Source: the human T2T-CHM13v2.0 reference genome, Homo sapiens. Taken from it: a stretch of DNA of 64,000 bases. Location: the NCBI RefSeq assembly GCF_009914755.1, contig NC_060948.1; one strand, written 5' to 3'. The first letter of the stretch is position 1. Each line of letters opens with the position of its first letter. The position numbers and the translations under genes are program-made. This document shows positions 56,893-64,000 of the stretch, piece by piece. The notes beneath the pieces were generated by a model. The model was not told the DNA's origin. It saw only the letters and a list, made by a program, of their open reading frames with translations, and ran no database searches.

Positions 56893-59800
56893 AATGCAAT
56901 TTAATAAAATAGGATCAAATGTAATGGAATGGAATGGAAAGCAATCGAAACGAAAGGAATGGAGACAGATGGAATGGAATAGAACAGAGAGCAATGGTAT
57001 AGAATGGAATGGAATCATCTGGAATGGAATTGAATGGAATGGAATAATATGAAATGGAATGGAATGGAATGGAATGGAATGCCCTTGAATTAAATGGACT
57101 GGAATGGAATGGACTCGAACAGAGTGGAATGGAAAGTGTTGAGATAGAATGGAATGGACTCCTTTGGAATGGTGTAGTATGCAATGCAATCGACTGGCAG
57201 GGAATCAAAAGGAATGTAATCGAATGGATTGGACTGGAATGCAATGGACTCGAATAGATTGCAAACGGAATGCAAAGGAATGGAATGGAATAGTATGGAA
57301 TGGAATGGAAAGGAATGGAGTGGAATAGACTAGAGTGGAATGGAATGGACTGGAAAGCAATGGACTGGAATGGAACTTTCTTGAATGGACTGGAATCAAA
57401 CGGAATGGAATGCAATGCAATCAAATGGCATGGAATAAAATAGAATGAAAGAGAATCAAATGGAATTGAATCGAATGGAATCGAATGGATTGGAAAGAAT
57501 AGAATGGAATGGAATGGAATGGACTAGAATGGAATGGATTCGAATGGAAGGCAAAGGAATGGAATCTATTGGAATGGACTGTAATGGAATGGAATGGAAG
57601 GGATTGGAATGGACTCGAATGGAATGGACTGCAATAGAAAGGATTCGAATGGAATGAAAAAGAATTGAATGGAATAGAACAGAATGGAATCAAATCGAAT
57701 GAAATGGAATGGAATAGAAAGGAATGGAATGAAATGGAATGGAAAGGATTCGAATGGAATGCAATCGAATGGAATGGAATCGAACGGAATGGAATAAAAT
57801 GGAAGAAAACTGGCAAGAAATGGAATCGAAATGAATGGAGTGTTATGGAACGGACTCAAAAGGAATTGAATGTAATAGAATGGAGTGGAGTGGACTCGAA
57901 TATAATGGACTGGAATGGAATGAAATCACATGGAATGGGAACGAATGGAATGGAATGGAAAGGAATGGAATCGAATGGAAAGGAATCGAATGGAAGGGAA
58001 TGAAATTGAATCAACACGAATGGAAGGGAATAGAATAGACTGTAATGGAATGGACTCCAATAGAATGGACACGAATGCTCAAATTGAATGGACTCGAATG
58101 GAATGGAAACGAAAGGAATGTCATCGAATGGAATTGAATCGATTGGAATGAAATCGCATAGAATGGAGTGGAAACAAATGGAATTGAATCGAAAGGAAAG
58201 GAAGCGAATGGACTGAAATGAAATGGAATGGAATTGAATGGAAAGTAATGCAATGGAATAGAATGGAACGAAATTTCACGGAATGGAATCAAACTGAATG
58301 GAATCAAATCAATGGAATCAAATCAAATGGAATGGAGTAGATTGGATTGGATGGGATTGGAATGAAATGTACTGGAAAGGACTCGAATTTCATGAAACGG
58401 AATGGAATGAATTGGAACGGAATGGACTCGAATGGAATGGAATGTCATAGAATGGCATCAAATGGAATGGCATCAAATGGAATGGAATCGAATGCAATGG
58501 AATGCTATGGAATGGAATGGAATGCATTGGAATGGAATGTCCTCTAATGGAATGGATTCGAGTGGAATGGAATCGAATATAATGGAGTCGAATGAAATGG
58601 AATTGAAAGGAATGGGATCGAATACAATGGAATATACTGGAATGTAATGTAATGAACTCGAATGTAATTGACTGGAATGGAATGTACATGAATGGAATGT
58701 AATCGAATGGAAAGTAATCCAATGGAATAGAATCTAATGCAATAAAATCGACTCAGATAGTGTAGAATGTAATGGAATGGAGTGCAGTGCAATGGAATGG
58801 AATGGAATGGAATGCAATGGAATGGAATGGAATGGAATGGAATGGAATGGAATGGAATGGAATGGGATGGAATGGTATGGAATGGATAGTAATGGACTGG
58901 AGTGAAATGGACTGGAAAGGAATGGACTCAAATTGAAAGGGCTCGAAAGGAATGGAGTCAAATGGAATGGTCTGGAATGTAATGAACACGAATGTAATGC
59001 AATCCAATAGAATGGAATCGAATGGCATGGAATATAAAGAAATGGAATCGAAGAGAATGGAAACAAATGGAATGGAATTGAATGGAATGGAATTGAATGG
59101 AATGGGAACGAATGGAGTGAAATTGTATGCAGTAGAAGGCAATAGAATGGAATGCAACCGAAAGGAAAGGAATGGATTGGAATGGAATGGAATTCATTGG
59201 AGTGGAAGGGAATGTAGTGTAATGGACAGGCCTGGAATAAAGTGGAATGCTACGGTCTCGAATGGAATAAAAATGTATGGAATGGAATGCAATGAAACGG
59301 AATCGAATGTCATAGAATGTAATGGAATGCAAAAAAATGGAATCCAAAATCATTGACTGGAAAGGCTGGGTGTCGAAAGGAATTGACTCCAATGGAATGG
59401 AATCGAATGGAATGGAAGTGAATAGAATCGAACTAAATCGAATGGAATGGAATTGATAGGAACGGAATGGAAAGGAATGCAATGATTTGGCATGGAATGG
59501 AATCGAATGGCATCGAATGGAATGGAATGGAATGCAATGGAATGGAATGTATTAGAATGTAATGAACATTAGTGGAATGTACTCGAATGGATTCGACTGG
59601 AATGGAATGTTCTGGAAGTGAATGGACTCCAATGGAATGGATTCGAAAGGAATGGAATCGAACGGAATGGAATCTAATGGAATGGAATTAAATGGAAATG
59701 AATCAAATTGAATAGCACGGAACTGAATTGAATGGAATCGAATGCAATGGAATCTAATGAAACGGAAAGGAAAGAATGGAATGGAATAGAATGGGCTGGA

Positions 59801-60429
59801 ATGGAAAGGAATCGAAACGAATGGAATGGAATCGAACTGAGGAGACTGGAATGGAATGCACTGGAATGGAAGGTAGTGTAATGGAAGGTTCTCGAAAAAA
59901 ATGGAATCGAATGGAATGGAATTGAATGGAACGGAATAGAGTCGAATGGAATTGAATGGAATGGAATGGACTAGAGTGAAATGGAATCGAACCACAAGGA
60001 ATGGACAGGAATAGAATGGTCTCGAATTGAATGGAATCGTATGGAATGGCATCAAACGGAATGGAATGGACAGCCACGGAATGGAATGCACTCGAATGCA
60101 ATGGAGTCGAAACTAATGGACTGGAATAGAATGGACTCGACTGGTACGGACTCCAATGGAATGGAATCGAATGGAAGGGAATCGAACGGAATGGACTCGA
60201 AGGGAAAAGACTGCAATGGAAAGGTCTCGAATGGAATGGAAATTAATGGAATGGAATGGAATCGAATGAAATGGAGTCAAAAGGAATGGAATCGAATGGC
60301 AAGAAATCGAATGTAATGGAATCGCAAGGAATTGATGTGAACGGAACGGAATGGAATGGAATCCAAAGGAATGGAATAGAATGGAATGGAATCGAATGGA
60401 AAGGACTCGAATGGAAATCACTCGAATAG
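56893..60429 (+). repeat. DYZ1 unit 17 (3537 bp, subfamily B)
   Basis: GAATTC at 59190-59195; indels of -16, -15 (near 58330) and -1 (near 59773). Confidence 0.92.
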
Positions 60430-63400
60430 AATGCAATTTAATAAAATAGGATCAAATGTAATAGAATGGAATGGAAAGGAATCGAAACGGAAGGAATGGA
60501 GACAGATGGAATGGAATGGAACAGAGAGCAATGGTATAGAATGGAATGGAATCATCTGGAATGGAATTGAATGGAATGGAATAATATGAAATGGAATGGA
60601 ATGGAATGGAATGGAATGCCCTTGAATTAAATGGACTGGACTCGAACAGAGTGGAATGGAAAGTGTTGAGATAGAATGGAATGGACTCCTTTGGAATGGT
60701 GTAGTATGCAATGCAATCGACTGGCAGGGAATCAAAAGGAATGTAATCGAATGGATTGGACTGGAATGCAATGGACTCGAATAGATTGGAAACGGAATGC
60801 AAAGGATTGGAATGGAATAGTATGGAATGCAATGGAAGGGAATGGAGTGGAATAGACTAGAGTGGAATGGAATGGACTGGAAAGCAATGGACTGGAATGG
60901 AACTTTCTTGGATGGATTGGAATCAAACGGAATGGAATGCAATGCAATCAAATGGCATGGAATAAAATAGAATGAAAGAGAATCAAATGGAATTGAATCT
61001 AATGGAATCGAATGGATTGGAAAGGAATAGAATGGAATGGAATGGAATTGACTCAAATGGAATGGACTAGAATGGAATGGATTCGAATGGAAGGCAAAGG
61101 AATGGAATCTATTGGAATGGACTGTAATGGAATGGAATGGAAGGGATTGGAATGGACTCGAATGGAATGGACTGCAATAGAAAGGATTCGAATGGAATGA
61201 AAAAGAATTGAATGGAATAGAACAGAATGGAATCAAATCGAATGAAATGGAATGGAATAGAAAGGAATGGAATGAAATGGAATGGAAAGGATTCGAATGG
61301 AATGCAATCGAATGGAATGGAATCGAACGGAATGGAATAAAATGGAAGAAAACTGGCAAGAAATGGAATCGAAATGAATGGAGTGTTATGGAACGGACTC
61401 AAAAGGAATTGAATGTAATAGAATGGAGTGGAGTGGACTCGAATATAATGGACTGGAATGGAATGAAATCACACGGAATGGGAACGAATGGAATGGAATG
61501 GAAAGGAATGGAATTGAATGAAAAGGAATCGAATGGAAGGGAATGAAATTGAATCAACAGGAATGGAAGGGAATAGAATAGACTGTAATGCAATGGACTC
61601 GAATAGAATGGACACGAATGCTCAAATTAAATGGACTCGAATGGAATGGAAACGAAAGGAATGTCATCGAATGGAATTGAATCGATTGGAATGAAATCGC
61701 ATAGAATGGAGTGGAATCAAATGGAATTGAATCGAAAGGAAAGGAAGCGAATGGACTGAAATGAAATGGAATGGAATTGAATGGAAAGTAATGCAATGGA
61801 ATAGAATGGAACGAAATTTCACGGAATGGAATCAAACTGAATGGAATCAAATCAATGGAATCAAATCAAATGGAATGGAAAGGAATTGAATGGAGTAGAT
61901 GGGATTGGATGGGATTGGAATGAAATGTACTGGAAAGGACTCGAATTTCATGAAACGGAATGGAATGAATTGGAACGGAATGGACTCGAATGGAATGGAA
62001 TGTCATGGGATGGCATCAAATGGAATGGCATCAAATGGAATGGAATCGAATGCAATGGAATGCTATGGAATGGAATGGAATGCATTGGAATGGAATGTCC
62101 TCTAATGGAATGGATTCGAGTGGAATGGAATTGAATATAATGGAGTCGAATGAAATGGAATTGAAAGGAATGGGATCGAATACAATGGAATATACTGGAA
62201 TGTAACGTAATGAACTCGAATGTAATTGACTGGAATGGAATGTACATGAATGGAATGTAATCGAATGGAAAGTAATCCAATGGAATAGAATCTAATGCAA
62301 TAAAATCGACTCAGATAGAGTAGAATGTAATGGAATGGAGTGCAGTGCAATAGAATGGAATGCAATGGAATGGAATGGAATGGAATGGAATGGAATGGAA
62401 TGGAATGGAATGGGATGGAATGGTATGGAATGGATAGTAATGGACTGGAGTGAAATGGACTGGAAAGGAATGGACTCAAATTGAAAGGTCTCGAAAGGAA
62501 TGGAGTCAAATGGAATGGTCTGGAATGGAATGAACACGAATGTAATGCAACCCAATAGAATGGAATCGAATGGCATGGAATATGAAGAAATGGAATCGAA
62601 GAGAATGGAAACAAATGGAATGGAATTGAATGGAATGGAATTGAATGGAATGGGAACGAATGGAGTGAAATTGTATGCAGTAGAAGAGAATAGAATGGAA
62701 TGCAAGCGAAAGGAAAGGAATGGATTGGAATGGAATGGAATTCATTGGAATGGAAGGGAATGTAGTGTAATGGACAGGCCTGGAATAAAGTGGAATGCTA
62801 CGGTCTCGAATGGAATAAAAATGTATGGAATGGAATGCAATGAAACGGAATCGAATGTCATAGAATGTAATGGAATGCAAAAAAATGGAATCCAAAATCA
62901 TTGACTGGAAAGGCTGGGTGTCGAAAGGAATTGACTCCAATGGAATGGAATCGAATGGAATGGAAGTGAATAGAATCGAACTAAATCGAATGGAATGGAA
63001 TTGATAGGAACGGAATGGAAAGGAATGCAATGATTTGGCATGGAATGGAATCGAATGGCATCGAATGGAATGGAATGGAATGCAATGGAATGGAATGTAT
63101 TAGAATGTAATGAACTTTAATGGAATGTACTCGAATGGATTCGACTGGAATGGAATGTTCTGGAAGTGAATGGACTCCAATGGAATGGATTCAAAAGGAA
63201 TGGAATCGTACGGAATGGAATCTAATGGAATGGAATTAAATGGAAATGAATCAAATTGAATAGCACGGAATTGAATTGAATGGAATGGAATGCAATGGAA
63301 TCTAATGAAACGGAAAGGAAAGGAATGGAATGGAATGGAATGGGCTGGAATGGAAAGGAATCGAAACGAATGGAATGGAATCGAAGTGAAGAGACTGGAA

Positions 63401-63993
63401 TGGAATGCACTGGAATGGAAGGGAGTGTAATGGAAGGTTCTCGAAAAAAATGGAATCGAATGGAATGGAATTGAATGGAACGGAATAGAGTCGAATGGAA
63501 TTGAATGGAATGGAATGGACTAGAGTGAAATGGAATCGAACCACAAGGAATGGACAGGAATAGAATGGTCTCGAATTGAATGGAATCGTATGGAATGGCA
63601 TCAAACGGAATGGAATGGACAGCCACGGAATGGAATGCACTCGAATGCAATGGAGTCGAAACTAATGGACTGGAATAGAATGGACTCGACTGGTACGGAC
63701 TCCAATGGAATGGAATCGAATGGAAGGGAATCGAACGGAAGGGAAACGAACGGAATGGACTCGAAGGGAAAAGACTGCAATGGAAAGGTCTCGAATGGAA
63801 TGGAAATTAATGGAATGGAATAGAATCGAATGAAATGGAGTCAAAAGGAATGGAATCGAATGGCAAGAAATCGAATGTAATGGAATCGCCAGGAATTGAT
63901 GTGAACGGAACGGAATGGAATGGAATCCAAAGGAATGGAATAGAATGGAATGGAATCGAATGGAAAGGACTCGAATGGAAATCACTCGAATAG
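60430..63993 (+). repeat. DYZ1 unit 18 (3564 bp, near copy of unit 14)
   Basis: GAATTC at 62738-62743; private alleles shared with unit 14. Confidence 0.92.
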
Positions 63994-64000
63994 AATGCAA

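Larger units (their letters stand above)
1..64000 (+). repeat. DYZ1: Human satellite III array, DYZ1-type (Yq12 heterochromatin): degenerate (GGAAT)n with a ~3.55-kb higher-order unit, 18 tandem copies in one orientation
   Basis: GGAAT, CGAAT, GGACT and TGAAT pentamers run throughout. The landmark AATGCAATTTAATAAAATAGGATC recurs at 1, 3570, 7124, 10678, 14232, 17781, 21345, 24914, 28482, 32051, 35605, 39159, 42718, 46287, 49841, 53375, 56893, 60430 (and begins again at 63994). There is a GGCC at the same offset in each unit (e.g. 2368-2371), as for the classical ~3.4-3.56 kb DYZ1 HaeIII/EcoRI unit. GGACAGGCCTGGAATAAAGTGGA (2363-2385) matches, from memory, a classical Y-sexing primer site. Confidence 0.96.

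Noticed and set aside
1-64000. CRISPR-like array or prokaryotic defence system
   Set aside because: There is no constant repeat with unique spacers and no cas-like ORF; the entire 3.55-kb unit is repeated and matches human satellite III.
1-64000. Alu/L1 insertion, DYZ2 (HSat1B) block or strand inversion
   Set aside because: No stretch departs from GGAAT-derived sequence, no CATTC-oriented segment appears on the + strand, and no unit is longer than 3569 bp.
1-64000. Annotating DYZ1-derived non-coding transcripts (stress- or testis-expressed)
   Set aside because: Such transcripts are reported for this repeat family, but their boundaries and source units cannot be located from this sequence alone.

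Overview
The whole 64 kb window is one uninterrupted, head-to-tail array of human satellite III, with degenerate (GGAAT)n on the + strand. It is organised as 18 complete ~3.55-kb units (3518-3569 bp) plus the first 7 bp of a 19th. Unit size, a HaeIII/StuI site at the same offset in every unit, a polymorphic EcoRI site next to it and the non-pentamer landmarks all match DYZ1 (HSat3) of Yq12 heterochromatin. I see no genes, RNA genes, transposons, DYZ2 blocks or inversions; every ORF in the track is a by-product of the pentamer. The points of interest are internal: (1) three perfect heat-shock elements per unit, each made by a rare in-register TTC pentamer; (2) two interleaved unit subfamilies (EcoRI- and EcoRI+); (3) nested duplications with periods of 28,481 bp, about 14,150 bp and 3,518 bp; (4) short, variant-dense patches that look like conversion tracts; (5) indels that almost always preserve the 5-bp register. 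I found no convincing new protein-coding system. All comparisons were made by eye and from ORF-track offsets, not by alignment.
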